From a virus (lineage: Duplodnaviria; Caudoviricetes): a stretch of DNA of 61,644 bases. Position 1 is the stretch's first letter; each line of letters begins with the position of its first letter. Location: IMG/VR virus record IMGVR_UViG_3300032069_000399, positions 1 to 61,644 of that record. One strand, written 5' to 3'. Positions 8,987-18,609 of the stretch are shown one piece after another. The position numbers and the translations under genes are program-made. The notes under the pieces were generated by a model, which saw only the letters and a list, made by a program, of their open reading frames with translations, searched no databases and was not told the origin of the DNA.

Positions 8987-9576
8987 AGGACTACCCGGCG
9001 TTCCTGGAGGCCTGCTGGCAGGAGCATCTGAAACCACGGGAGCCCGACGCGCCGACGGTGATCTCGATCTTTGCCGGCTGCGGTGGCTCTTCGCTCGGTT
9101 ACAGCATGGCCGGCTACCGTGAGCTGCTCGCGGTGGAGTGGGACGACCATGCGGTGGAGACCTTTAAGCTTAATTTTCCGGGTGTTCCGGTTTGGCATGG
9201 CGACGTCGCCAAGCTTTCAGTCGAGGAATGCCTCAAGATCACCGGCTTAAAGTCGGGAGAGTTGGATGTTCTGGACGGTTCGCCGCCCTGCCAGGGCTTC
9301 TCGACCGCCGGAAAACGCAAGATGGACGACGGCAGGAACCAGCTCTTCCGCGAATACGTCCGCCTGCTGCAAGGCCTCAAGCCGAAAGTGTTCGTCATGG
9401 AGAACGTGAGCGGTATGGTTAAGGGCAAGATGAAGGTGATTTTTGCCGAGATCATGCGCGAACTGAAGAGATCCGGATATCAGGTTTCGGCCAGGCTGAT
9501 GAATGCGATGTACTTCGGCGTACCGCAGTCCCGCCAGCGAATGATTTTCATCGGCCTGAGGAACGATCTTTGCTGA
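8962..9576 (+). CDS. C5-cytosine DNA methyltransferase, N-terminal catalytic half (motifs I-VIII)
   Basis: FAGCGG (I), VEWD (II), GSPPCQGFS (IV), ENV (VI), QSRQR (VIII); stops immediately after motif VIII. Confidence 0.9.
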   Translation: MRTHLSKIEDYPAFLEACWQEHLKPREPDAPTVISIFAGCGGSSLGYSMAGYRELLAVEWDDHAVETFKLNFPGVPVWHGDVAKLSVEECLKITGLKSGELDVLDGSPPCQGFSTAGKRKMDDGRNQLFREYVRLLQGLKPKVFVMENVSGMVKGKMKVIFAEIMRELKRSGYQVSARLMNAMYFGVPQSRQRMIFIGLRNDLC

Positions 9577-10043
9577 TTCCCGCCCATCCTGCCGCCCAGA
9601 CTGTCCCCATTCCGGCAGGTGAATCGCTCGCCGGCTGCTCCACGCCTCCGGAGCAGCTGGCGGCGCTATTCGAGGCGGCGAGAAAGTACCGCTCGTTCAA
9701 GTACTGGGACAAGGTGCGGATCGGATCGTCTGAGAGTCGCATCACCGGCCAGGGGTTCAACGCCGTGAAGTTCGATCCGAGGAAACCGGCGCGAACGATC
9801 CGCCGCAATGACGGCAACCTCGGCATGCATGGGGCGATGCACTGGGAAACCAGGAGACGGTTTTCCCTCCCGGAGTTCAAGCGCTTCGGGTCTTTTCCTG
9901 AAGAGTTTGCCTTCGCTGGAACATTTGAGGAAGGGATCCGGCAGATCGGCAACAGCGTGCCGCCCCTTTTCATGCGGGCCATCGCCCGGCATATACGGGA
10001 TCAGGTTCTGGTGTCGATATCTGATTCGGATCAGGTGGCATGA
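9570..10043 (+). CDS. C5 MTase C-terminal module 1 (TRD + motifs IX/X)
   Basis: PARTI, RRFSLPEFKRFGSFPEEF, QIGNSVPP; -1 frame relative to the catalytic half, TTG start uncertain. Confidence 0.82.
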   Translation: MLIPAHPAAQTVPIPAGESLAGCSTPPEQLAALFEAARKYRSFKYWDKVRIGSSESRITGQGFNAVKFDPRKPARTIRRNDGNLGMHGAMHWETRRRFSLPEFKRFGSFPEEFAFAGTFEEGIRQIGNSVPPLFMRAIARHIRDQVLVSISDSDQVA

Positions 10044-10480
10044 ACCTTCATCCCCAACCGATGACGATGCCCGTTACGGTGCGCCAGGCCATCGGTCACC
10101 GGATTCGACCTGAACACGAGGGTAGCAGCGGGCGACGGCAGCAACTCGTCGATGCCTGGCGCAAGTGCCCGCCCGGAAAGTCGCTGCGAAAGACGGTCCC
10201 GAATGTTTCTTCTTTCGAGTCTGTGAGGCTTGATCCGGACAGGCCGAGCACCACTCAGACGGCGCATTTCAACTGGCACTATGCAGCCCCACGCTATCTG
10301 ATACTGGAAGAAATGGCGCTGATTGGCAGCTTCGATCCGAACTTTCGCTGGCCGGTAAAGCAAGGGCACTGTAAAAAGCAGATCGGCAACAGCGTGCCGC
10401 CGCTATTTATGCGGGCGATTGCACGACACATCAGAGAAAGCGTCCTCGCATCGATTCCAAAGACGGGAAAAGCGGCATGA
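10040..10480 (+). CDS. C5 MTase C-terminal module 2 (TRD + motifs IX/X)
   Basis: ATGA-coupled start MNLHP; PSTT, RYLILEEMALIGSFD, QIGNSVPP. Confidence 0.85.
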   Translation: MNLHPQPMTMPVTVRQAIGHRIRPEHEGSSGRRQQLVDAWRKCPPGKSLRKTVPNVSSFESVRLDPDRPSTTQTAHFNWHYAAPRYLILEEMALIGSFDPNFRWPVKQGHCKKQIGNSVPPLFMRAIARHIRESVLASIPKTGKAA

Positions 10481-11025
10481 ATCTGCACCCCAGTCCGCTT
10501 TATCAACCGATCCCAGTGAAAGCCGTAATCCCGCGATCACTCGGAACGAGGTCGCAGCGGATCAATCCATGGATTCCGGCCGATCAGCCGGCCGCCACCA
10601 TCTGCAAGACCGAAGCCGGCTATGAGCTGAAGGAAGCCCAGATCAAGCCTACCTGGCAGATGTCACGCGTTTTAGCCGGTCAGGAGAGGAAGAAGCACTT
10701 TGGTCTGGTCCGGTTAGATCCGGAGAAGCCCTCGCCGACGATCCTCAGCGGTACCGGCGGCACGACAACTGGGCTCATTCACCCATGGGACACCCGGCGG
10801 TTGACCATTGCCGAGATAAAAGCGCTTGCTTCTTATCCGGAAGAGTTTCAGTTCGTGGGGAGTTATCGAGAGAGGTGGGCACGGGTGGGAAACAGCGTGC
10901 CACCTTTGTTCATGAAGGCAATTGCTGAGCGCATCAAGTACCAACTCTTTGTAAAGAATCCCTCAGAGCACGCGCCTTCAAGCCTTTCGGAAGTGCAGTT
11001 CACGCAACGCCATCGTGTGCATTAG
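10477..11025 (+). CDS. C5 MTase C-terminal module 3 (TRD + motifs IX/X)
   Basis: ATGA-coupled start MNLHP; PAATI and PSPTI, RRLTIAEIKALASYPEEF, RVGNSVPP. Confidence 0.85.
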   Translation: MNLHPSPLYQPIPVKAVIPRSLGTRSQRINPWIPADQPAATICKTEAGYELKEAQIKPTWQMSRVLAGQERKKHFGLVRLDPEKPSPTILSGTGGTTTGLIHPWDTRRLTIAEIKALASYPEEFQFVGSYRERWARVGNSVPPLFMKAIAERIKYQLFVKNPSEHAPSSLSEVQFTQRHRVH

Positions 11026-11799
11026 ACTCTCTTCAGAGCCGAAGAGGGAGTATCCGTTCAGGTTGTAGCCGTCAAGGAGTCTCAGAACTTTCAGTCGTTC
11101 AGTCGCAGGAATCGTGCATTTCCACAGAATGTCTTGATCAGGTTCATCTCGAAGGAAAGCTGATTCATGCGGTGCGTAATGCCAAGGAGAAGTCACAGAA
11201 TCCCGTGCAACGCAGCATGTGTATTGACTTTGTTGAAGAAAGTGCCTGCGATGTGTCCGAATGTAAGGACCCAGACTGACAATTTCTGGTTCACCGACGC
11301 AGCCTCCTTTGATGCCTTCGGAGGATTCCCAATAAACATAAATAGATACCCTATCGCTGTTTTTTGATGCGTAGGCGAACGCAAAATAAGCCGCGACATA
11401 CGGCGAACGCGTCCAATCGAGAAGCGGTGACGGAAATCCATGGTGCCTGAGATATGCAAGGTAGTCATATGCCGGCACTTGGAAGAACGGTGGAGGATCA
11501 GACTGACCAAGCCAGTTTTCGAAATCAAGCGGCGAAGGCACATCCCAGCGATTTGCAGTAAAACTCTCGATTTGTGATCTGACCCTACAGATCAACCGAT
11601 GGTACTGGGTCATGGTACATTTAATTTCCCCTTCACGTTCCAGGGTAGTTTCAAGAGGCCACTGATAGTTGCTGTGTCCGCGGTAAAGAAACTCTGGACT
11701 TCCTCGCCCGGTCGAGGTCTTTCGGTCCATACGCTCTTGGATTAGAACCTGAACTTGTCTCTCAAATTCTTCCCAGGTGTCGACGTCGATCGTTTTCAT
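10978..11799 (-). CDS. FRG domain protein
   Basis: FLYRGH, RHHGFPSPLLDWTRSPYVAAYFA, QQS motifs. Confidence 0.9.
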   Translation of the reverse strand: MKTIDVDTWEEFERQVQVLIQERMDRKTSTGRGSPEFLYRGHSNYQWPLETTLEREGEIKCTMTQYHRLICRVRSQIESFTANRWDVPSPLDFENWLGQSDPPPFFQVPAYDYLAYLRHHGFPSPLLDWTRSPYVAAYFAFAYASKNSDRVSIYVYWESSEGIKGGCVGEPEIVSLGPYIRTHRRHFLQQSQYTCCVARDSVTSPWHYAPHESAFLRDEPDQDILWKCTIPATERLKVLRLLDGYNLNGYSLFGSEESLMHTMALRELHFRKA

Positions 11800-12004
11800 T
11801 GAGGGGTCTCCCAGTAGCACTAGAAATTGTCGTCCAGCCTAATCCTCGAAATTCCTATGGATGCTGCACACGTTCAAGTCAGACGTGCCGATTCTACAGT
11901 AAGACAGGAAGGGACAGTTGAGAATGGTTGTTGAGGAGGGAGACACACGATTCCCATGGAACCATGTGTCTCACGGATCGGGAGGAGACAAGGAGAGAGG
12001 TTTC

Positions 12005-12475
12005 TTAGGCGAGGGTGTTGTCGGTGAGGATTCCGGCGTCGGCGAAACTGGAGTACTCGCTTTCTCCGAGAATAATGTGGTCGAGCACGCGGATTCCGAG
12101 GATCTTCGCGGCCGATGTCAGCCGTTTGGTGCACTCGCGATCTTCCATAGATGGCGCCGGGTCACCCGAGGGGTGATTGTGCAGAAAAATGGCCGCCGCC
12201 GCGCTGTCGAGCAAAGCAGCCTTGAGGCATTCTCGCGGATGAACGACCGAGGTGGAGAGGCTACCGATGCTGATCGTGTGGTATCCGATCGTTCTGTTCT
12301 TGGAGTCAAGCGTGATCATCACGAAATATTCCCTGTCGAGGGCGGCGAACTCCTCGCGGAAGCTTTCGAAAAGTTCACGGGAGTTCTGAAATCTCGGGTA
12401 GCTCGTGAAAGTCGCCTCCGATTCCTTCACCAGCATGACCCTGTATCTGGGGAGCAGGTTCTCGAATTTCTTCAT
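12005..12475 (-). CDS. JAB/RadC-like (MPN) domain protein
   Basis: RE...VHPRE...HNHPSGDPAPSMED...LDHIILG. Confidence 0.92.
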   Translation of the reverse strand: MKKFENLLPRYRVMLVKESEATFTSYPRFQNSRELFESFREEFAALDREYFVMITLDSKNRTIGYHTISIGSLSTSVVHPRECLKAALLDSAAAAIFLHNHPSGDPAPSMEDRECTKRLTSAAKILGIRVLDHIILGESEYSSFADAGILTDNTLA

Positions 12476-12532
12476 GCGTGAATTCTCCGTTGGTTCTGCG
12501 ACTTCGGAAGCCCCTTCCGATACGGTGTCCGT

Positions 12533-12850
12533 TCATTCTGAGGCTTTGGTCTGTTTCCTTCCGATGGCGGGAATCGCAATGGGCGCGCCCGTCAATGATC
12601 CCTTGCGCGCCTGCGATCGATACCAGGCCGCGTGCCGTTCGTCAAAGGCGGACTTCGGAAATTCCGCTTTGACGGCGGCGATCATTTCGGCATTGGTGGC
12701 GGCATTGTTCGCGGTGATCGTCTCGATGATCACCTGCTTGATGGTGCGTTTTGATTCTGATTCCGGCTTCGTTGTTGCGGCCGGAGTGGCCGCCGGCTTT
12801 TTGCCATTCTTGTGCTGCTTCGTCATCTTCTGTTCTTTTTTGCTTTTCAT
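12533..12850 (-). CDS. Small basic hypothetical protein (possible wHTH)
   Basis: GGAG RBS before MKSKKEQ; lysine-rich N terminus, TNAEMIAAVKAEFP...AWYRSQ. Confidence 0.55.
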   Translation of the reverse strand: MKSKKEQKMTKQHKNGKKPAATPAATTKPESESKRTIKQVIIETITANNAATNAEMIAAVKAEFPKSAFDERHAAWYRSQARKGSLTGAPIAIPAIGRKQTKASE

Positions 12851-12961
12851 CTCGGGTCTCCTGAATCGATCGGAAGGGCTTGATTGCCCGCGTCCGAGGA
12901 CTCCAATCGTGTCGGGGTTGGTCTTGAAAGCCCACGAGAAAACAGCCTGGTCTTGAAAAAA

Positions 12962-13432
12962 ATGACCGCCGGAAGAAAGCCGAAACCAACAGCCTTGAAG
13001 GTAATCCAGGGAACGTACCGGCCCGACCGGGCCAATCCCTCTGAACCTCAACCGCGCACAACGATTCCTCCCTGCCCGAAATTCCTGCAGGGGGAAGCGC
13101 GCGAGACCTATCGCAAATTAGCGAAGAAACTGGCGCGGATCGGCCTTTTGACCGAGATCGACGAGATGGCTCTTGCAATGCTCTGCCAGTCCTGGGCCGA
13201 GTACCTCGAGGCATCGGAAAAACTGAGGGAAACCGGGATGCTCGTCAAGTCGCCGAACGGCTTCCCGATGATGAATCCTTACCTCGTCATTGCCAACACC
13301 GCTGTCAAGAAGGTTCGCGCTCTCCTCACCGAGTTCGGCATGTCCCCGAGCTCCCGGAGCCGGATCAACGCCGCTGGAGCCTCGGCCGCAGCCGATCCCG
13401 GCGGCGAATGGCTGGATCTGCTGAACGACTGA
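12962..13432 (+). CDS. Terminase small subunit (P27 family)
   Basis: GRKPKPTALK, NPYL, EFGMSPSSRSRI. Confidence 0.92.
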   Translation: MTAGRKPKPTALKVIQGTYRPDRANPSEPQPRTTIPPCPKFLQGEARETYRKLAKKLARIGLLTEIDEMALAMLCQSWAEYLEASEKLRETGMLVKSPNGFPMMNPYLVIANTAVKKVRALLTEFGMSPSSRSRINAAGASAAADPGGEWLDLLND

Positions 13433-13435
13433 TGA

Positions 13436-15118
13436 ATGGGGCAAGCTGCGAGAGACTATCCCTCCATCGCCAGGGGCTATGCGGATGCCGTTCTCGCGGG
13501 AAGAATTCCTGCATGCGAGTGGGTGAAAAAGGCGTGCCGGCGGCAACTCGACGACCTGGCGCGGCGGGACTTCGCATACCGCTACGACGAGAAAAAAGCA
13601 GCGCGGGTTTGCAGGTTCGTCGAGAAGCTCCCGCACATCAAAGGGAAATGGGCAAAGACCGGCGGAAGAATCGAGCTTCAGCCGTGGCAGGTGTTCATAC
13701 TGACCGCGGCCTTCGGTTGGGTGTCGCGCGAAACGGGGCTGCGCCGGTTCAAGACTGCCTACCTCGAGATGCCGCGGAAGAACGGCAAGAGCTCGATATC
13801 GAGCGGCGTCGGAATCTACTGCTGCTGCGCGGACGGCGAGGAAGGCGGGGAGATTTACTCGGCTGCGACGACCCGCGACCAGGCGAAGATCGTCTGGCAG
13901 GACGCCTGGCACATGGTCGAGAGGTCGCCCGGGTTGAAGGCGGCATTCGGCGTCTCAACGACGGCGCATGCAATCAGCCAGGTGAGGACGGCGAGCCGAT
14001 TCCAAGCGCTCTCCGCGGAGGGAAACTCTCTCGACGGCCTGAACATCCACTGCGCGATTGTGGACGAGCTGCACGCCCACAGGACAAGGAAGGTGTTCGA
14101 CGTGCTGGAGACGGCGACGGGCGCAAGGTCCCAGCCGCTTCTCTGGCTAATCACGACGGCAGGCTCGGACCGGAGCGGGATCTGCTACGAGCAGAGGACA
14201 TACCTGACGAAGATCCTCGACGGCATAGTCAAGGACGACACCTATTTCGGGGTCATCTATACAATCGATGACGGGGACAACTGGAGCGACCCGAAAGTAT
14301 GGGCCAAGGCGAATCCCAACTATGGGGCTTCGGTTTTTCCCGAGGACATCGCAAGGCTCTGTGCCAAGGCGCTCAAGATGCCGAGCGCCCAGAACAACTT
14401 CCTTACAAAGCGGCTCTCGGTTTGGGTCAACGCGGACTCGGCATATTTCAACATGGTGGAGCTGGCCAAGTGCGCCGACTCGAACCTCAAGCCTGAGGAC
14501 TTCCGGCGCGAGCCGTGCTGGATCGGGATCGACCTTGCCAGCCGGCGTGACGTAGCGCCAAGGATGCAGCTCTTTCGCCGCGAAGGCCACTTCTACTGCT
14601 TCGGGCGCTACTTCCTCCCTGAGACGGAGATCGAGGAATCGAAGAACTCGCAGTACACGGGGTGGGCAAGGGATGGATGGATCACGGCGACGCCGGGGAA
14701 CATCACCGATTACGGCTATATCGAGGATGACCTCAGGGAGCTTGCAAGTGAGTTCCAGATCATGGAAGTCGCCTACGACCCTTTCCAGGCGACGCAGTTC
14801 GCAACGAGAATGTTGGCCGAAGGATTTCCCATGGTCGAGATGAGGGCGATTGTGAAGACCTTCTCCGAGCCCATGAAGAACCTGGACGCGCTGATTTCCG
14901 AAGGCAAGTTCCACTTTAACGGCGATCCGGTCTTGACGTGGATGTTTTCGAACGTCGTCGCACACACGGACAACAAGGACAACGTGTACCCCAAGAAGGA
15001 ACGGCCCGAGAACAAGATCGACGGCGTCGTCGCGCTCCTGATGTGCCTGGGCAGGGCGATGGCCGCCGACGCGCAGGCGGCATCGATCTACGAAAAGAGA
15101 GGACCGGTGTTCGTATGA
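13436..15118 (+). CDS. Terminase large subunit
   Basis: LQPWQ, PRKNGKS Walker A, VDELH, GIDLA, KIDGVVA. Confidence 0.96.
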   Translation: MGQAARDYPSIARGYADAVLAGRIPACEWVKKACRRQLDDLARRDFAYRYDEKKAARVCRFVEKLPHIKGKWAKTGGRIELQPWQVFILTAAFGWVSRETGLRRFKTAYLEMPRKNGKSSISSGVGIYCCCADGEEGGEIYSAATTRDQAKIVWQDAWHMVERSPGLKAAFGVSTTAHAISQVRTASRFQALSAEGNSLDGLNIHCAIVDELHAHRTRKVFDVLETATGARSQPLLWLITTAGSDRSGICYEQRTYLTKILDGIVKDDTYFGVIYTIDDGDNWSDPKVWAKANPNYGASVFPEDIARLCAKALKMPSAQNNFLTKRLSVWVNADSAYFNMVELAKCADSNLKPEDFRREPCWIGIDLASRRDVAPRMQLFRREGHFYCFGRYFLPETEIEESKNSQYTGWARDGWITATPGNITDYGYIEDDLRELASEFQIMEVAYDPFQATQFATRMLAEGFPMVEMRAIVKTFSEPMKNLDALISEGKFHFNGDPVLTWMFSNVVAHTDNKDNVYPKKERPENKIDGVVALLMCLGRAMAADAQAASIYEKRGPVFV

Positions 15119-15252
15119 AGGAATCCTGGCGGGAGATCCTCGGCTGGACGGGAGCGGCAATAGCGAGCGTCGGTCTCGGATGGATCTACCCTCCGCTCAC
15201 CCCAATATCAATCGGCTGCTTTTTGATCTTCATCGCGGTGAGGGCTCGCTGA
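15115..15252 (+). CDS. Small membrane protein between terminase and portal
   Basis: ATGA overlap; two hydrophobic stretches; common position in HK97-like phages. Confidence 0.6.
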   Translation: MKESWREILGWTGAAIASVGLGWIYPPLTPISIGCFLIFIAVRAR

Positions 15253-16487
15253 TGGGAATTCTCACGAGGGCATTTGAGCGCAGATCAAACCTTGCAAATC
15301 CCGACCCCTGGCTCGTGTCACTCTTCGGAGGCCAGAAGACCGCGGCGGGAATATGCGTGTCGCCTGATACGGCTCTTCGTTTCACTGCCGTTTACGGTGC
15401 CGTGAGGATCCTGGCGGAGACGGTCGCAACATTGCCTCTCATCGTCTACCGGCGGCTGCCGAACGAGGGCAAAGAGCGGGCCACGGACTACTTCCTTTAC
15501 GGGCTGCTTCATGACCAGCCGAACGAAGAGCAGACGCGCACGGAGTTTGTCGAGATGCTTCAGGGCCATCTCGCCTTGCGCGGCAACGCCTATGCCCAGA
15601 TCGACAGGAAGGCAGGACAACCTGCGCGCCTGGTTCCGCTTCATCCCGACCGCGTGAAGGTCAATCGGGACCGAACCGGCGGGCTCGTCTACAAAGTGGC
15701 TCCGGATTCTGGCCCGCAGTACCAGCTTCGCAGGCAAGCGGGCGAGATCATGCATATCCGGGGGCTTTCCTCGGATGGCGTAACGGGACTGAACCCGATC
15801 GAGCTTTTCCGGGAGTCGGTGGCGCTCGGCCTCGCGTACGAAGAGTACTCGGCAAGATTGTTCGGCAATGGCGCGAACCTGCAGGGAGTGCTCGAAACGC
15901 CGCAGGCGATGAGCGACACGGCGCTGAAGCGCTTCAGGGAGATGTGGCAGCAGGTTTATGGAGGACTCGCCAACTCGGGCAAGACCGCGATCCTCGAAAG
16001 CGGCATGAAGTGGCAGGCGATCGGCATGCGGCCGGCCGATGCCGAGTTCATCGCTTCGCGCAAGTTCCAGGTTACGGAGATCGCCAGGATATTCCGGGTG
16101 CCGCCGCATATGCTGGCCGACCTCGAGCGGGCGACGTTTTCCAATATCGAGCACCAGTCGCTCGAATTCATCCGGGACACGATCCGTCCCTGGCTCGTAC
16201 GCTGGGAGCAGGCGCTTACCCGCGACCTGATTCCCGCCGAGGATCGCGATAAGTACTTCGTGGAATTCCTGATCGACGGCCTGATGCGCGGCGACCTCAA
16301 ATCGAGGTACGACTCCTATGCGATCGGGCGCAACAACGGGTGGCTTTCAGCGAACGACATCAGGCGGCTGGAGAACATGAATCCACTGCCATCCGAGCAG
16401 GGGGATGTGTACCTGATCCCGCTCAACATGGTTCCGGCGGGAACGGCAGCACAAAAGCCGGCAGAACAAAACCAGCCAGCTGAATAG
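15252..16487 (+). CDS. Portal protein (HK97 family)
   Basis: GNAYA, LHPDRV, IARIFRVPP, FSNIE, NDIRRLEN. Confidence 0.96.
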   Translation: MGILTRAFERRSNLANPDPWLVSLFGGQKTAAGICVSPDTALRFTAVYGAVRILAETVATLPLIVYRRLPNEGKERATDYFLYGLLHDQPNEEQTRTEFVEMLQGHLALRGNAYAQIDRKAGQPARLVPLHPDRVKVNRDRTGGLVYKVAPDSGPQYQLRRQAGEIMHIRGLSSDGVTGLNPIELFRESVALGLAYEEYSARLFGNGANLQGVLETPQAMSDTALKRFREMWQQVYGGLANSGKTAILESGMKWQAIGMRPADAEFIASRKFQVTEIARIFRVPPHMLADLERATFSNIEHQSLEFIRDTIRPWLVRWEQALTRDLIPAEDRDKYFVEFLIDGLMRGDLKSRYDSYAIGRNNGWLSANDIRRLENMNPLPSEQGDVYLIPLNMVPAGTAAQKPAEQNQPAE

Positions 16488-16512
16488 GCCTCAAAACAGA
16501 TTTGATTTGCCC

Positions 16513-16543
16513 AAGGGTCGCATCGCGGCCCTTTTTCATTTTT
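16513..16543 (+). terminator. Possible intrinsic terminator after the portal gene
   Basis: aagggtcgc-atc-gcggccctt stem followed by a T-rich tract. Confidence 0.4.
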
Positions 16544-16553
16544 CGGAGTGCCG

Positions 16554-17300
16554 ATGGATAGGAAAAAGGAAAGGCGCTTCACGGGCAGCTGCGAGCTGCG
16601 CACGATCGCGCCGGAAGAAGGCGGGCGAAAGAAGATCGCCGGCCACGCGGCGGTATTCAACTCCCTGTCAGAGGATCTGTGGGGCTTCCGAGAGAAGATC
16701 GCGCCGGGCGCCTTCAAGAACGCTCTGGCAAAGTCCGATATCCGGGCCCTTCTGAACCACGATCCCAACTTCGTGCTCGGGCGGACGAAGAATAGCACGC
16801 TGCGGGTTCATGAGGATGAGGCCGGCCTGGCCGTCGAGATCGATCCGCCCGAAACGGGCTGGGCCGACGACCTGCTCATTTCGATCGGCAGGGGCGACAT
16901 CAGCCAGATGAGCTTCGCCTTCCGTGTGGGAGAGGACTCCTGGGAAACCGAGGACGGACTCAACATCCGCACGATCCTCAGCTTCGACGAGATCTTCGAT
17001 GTTTCGCCCGTGACCTACCCGGCTTACCCGGAAACGGACGTAGCGCTCCGCGCCATGCCCGAAGTTGAAGCTTTCGATCTGAGAAAGTTAGCCTCGGCAG
17101 TCGTCAGGGCTGAGCGGCGGATGCGTCCCGAGCCGGAAGACGAATCCATCATCCGAGAATCCATCGCAACGTTGCAGTCGTTTCTTCCCCCTGCGCAGAC
17201 AGGCGGGGAAAGTGAAGTTCCGCAGGAGGGCCCGCGCGCGCGGAGCCTGAATCAAATCATGCGCCGGCTCCGGGTTCTGGAGCTGGAGCAATCAATCTAA
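16554..17300 (+). CDS. Prohead protease (HK97 family)
   Basis: GHAAVFN, LLNHD, MSFAF, DVSPVTYPAY. Confidence 0.95.
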   Translation: MDRKKERRFTGSCELRTIAPEEGGRKKIAGHAAVFNSLSEDLWGFREKIAPGAFKNALAKSDIRALLNHDPNFVLGRTKNSTLRVHEDEAGLAVEIDPPETGWADDLLISIGRGDISQMSFAFRVGEDSWETEDGLNIRTILSFDEIFDVSPVTYPAYPETDVALRAMPEVEAFDLRKLASAVVRAERRMRPEPEDESIIRESIATLQSFLPPAQTGGESEVPQEGPRARSLNQIMRRLRVLELEQSI

Positions 17301-17313
17301 GGGAGACAATCCA

Positions 17314-18537
17314 ATGAAGGATCTGAACGAGCTCCGCAGACGGCGGGGCGCAATCATCAAGGACATGCGGGCACTGACGGACAAGGCCGACGCGGAAAAG
17401 CGCGAGCTCACCGCAGAGGAAAACGACCAGTACTCCCGCATGGAAGCCGACCAGGAAAAGCTCCGCGCCGAAATCGAGCGCGAGGAGCGGCAGCAGAAGC
17501 TCGATCGTGAGCTCGAATCGTTCGACCGCGAACCGGGGCGGATGCCCGAGCCGGCGGCGGCAGGCGAGAGAAACACCAACCCTCGCGCCACGGAAGATTA
17601 CCGGGCGCAGTTCAGCGACATGCTCTGCCGCGGCTATCGCCCGAGTGAGCACCGGGCGCTGCAGGCCGACAGCCAGGTCGGTGGCGGCTACCTCGTCGCC
17701 CCGGAGCAGTTCGTCAACAAGCTGATCGAGGCCTTGCGCGACCAGGTCTTCATCCGCCAGCTTTCGACCGTGATCCCGGTCCAGAGCGCCATGAGCCTCG
17801 GTGTTCCGGTACTCCAGACCCGCCCGGACGATGCCGACTGGACCGTGGAGTTGAAGACGGGGACGCCGGACACGGCGATGGGCTTCGCCAAGCGCGAGCT
17901 TCATCCGCACCCGGCAGCGAAACGGATTCTTGTTTCGACCTTCCTCCTCAACAACTCCGTGCTTTCAGCCGACCAGATCGTCCGCGACCAGCTGGCCTAT
18001 AAGTTCGGAATCACCCAGGAGAAGGCGTTCATGACCGGGTCCGGCGCGGGCCAGCCGCTCGGCGTCTTCACGGCGAGCCCGAACGGAATCAACACCGACC
18101 GCGATGTTGCGACGGGAAACCTCGCGACAGCAATCGGAGCCGACGGTCTGATCAACGCGAAGTACGCACTGAAGGCCCAGTACCAGAAGACCGCGCGCTG
18201 GATCTTCCACCGCGACGCGATCAGCGGCATCCGGAAACTGAAGGACAAGAACGACCAGTACCTGTGGCAGCCGGGCCTCGTCGCGGACAGGCCGGACACG
18301 ATCCTGGAGCTGCCGTTTTTCATGTCCGAGTATGCCCCGAACACGTTCACGACGGGATTGTACGTCGGCATCATCGGGGATTTCTCGTTCTACTGGATCG
18401 CGGACTCGATGGAGTTTTCCATCCAGGTGCTCAAGGAGCTGTACGCCGAGTCGAACCAGATCGGCTACATCGGCCGCATGGAGTGCGACGCCCAGCCGGT
18501 GCTGTCCGAAGCCTTCGTCCGAGTGAAGCTGGCGTAA
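17314..18537 (+). CDS. Major capsid protein (HK97 fold)
   Basis: Coiled-coil delta domain, GGYLVAPE, GSGAGQPLG, KLKD..QYLWQP. Confidence 0.96.
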   Translation: MKDLNELRRRRGAIIKDMRALTDKADAEKRELTAEENDQYSRMEADQEKLRAEIEREERQQKLDRELESFDREPGRMPEPAAAGERNTNPRATEDYRAQFSDMLCRGYRPSEHRALQADSQVGGGYLVAPEQFVNKLIEALRDQVFIRQLSTVIPVQSAMSLGVPVLQTRPDDADWTVELKTGTPDTAMGFAKRELHPHPAAKRILVSTFLLNNSVLSADQIVRDQLAYKFGITQEKAFMTGSGAGQPLGVFTASPNGINTDRDVATGNLATAIGADGLINAKYALKAQYQKTARWIFHRDAISGIRKLKDKNDQYLWQPGLVADRPDTILELPFFMSEYAPNTFTTGLYVGIIGDFSFYWIADSMEFSIQVLKELYAESNQIGYIGRMECDAQPVLSEAFVRVKLA

Positions 18538-18609
18538 CCGATTGGGGGATCGAACGGGGCCGGGGGAAAGGGATCCGGCCCCATGGACAACGCATAAGGA
18601 GAACGACAC

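Noticed and set aside
9940-10925. Recombinational TRD switching through the repeated motif X DNA
   Set aside because: The similar segments lie at the 3' ends in direct orientation, so recombination would delete modules rather than fuse a new TRD to the catalytic half; no recombinase is adjacent
18556-18582. Terminator after the capsid gene
   Set aside because: The ggggccgg/ccggcccc hairpin has no U-tract; more likely an mRNA-stabilising stem
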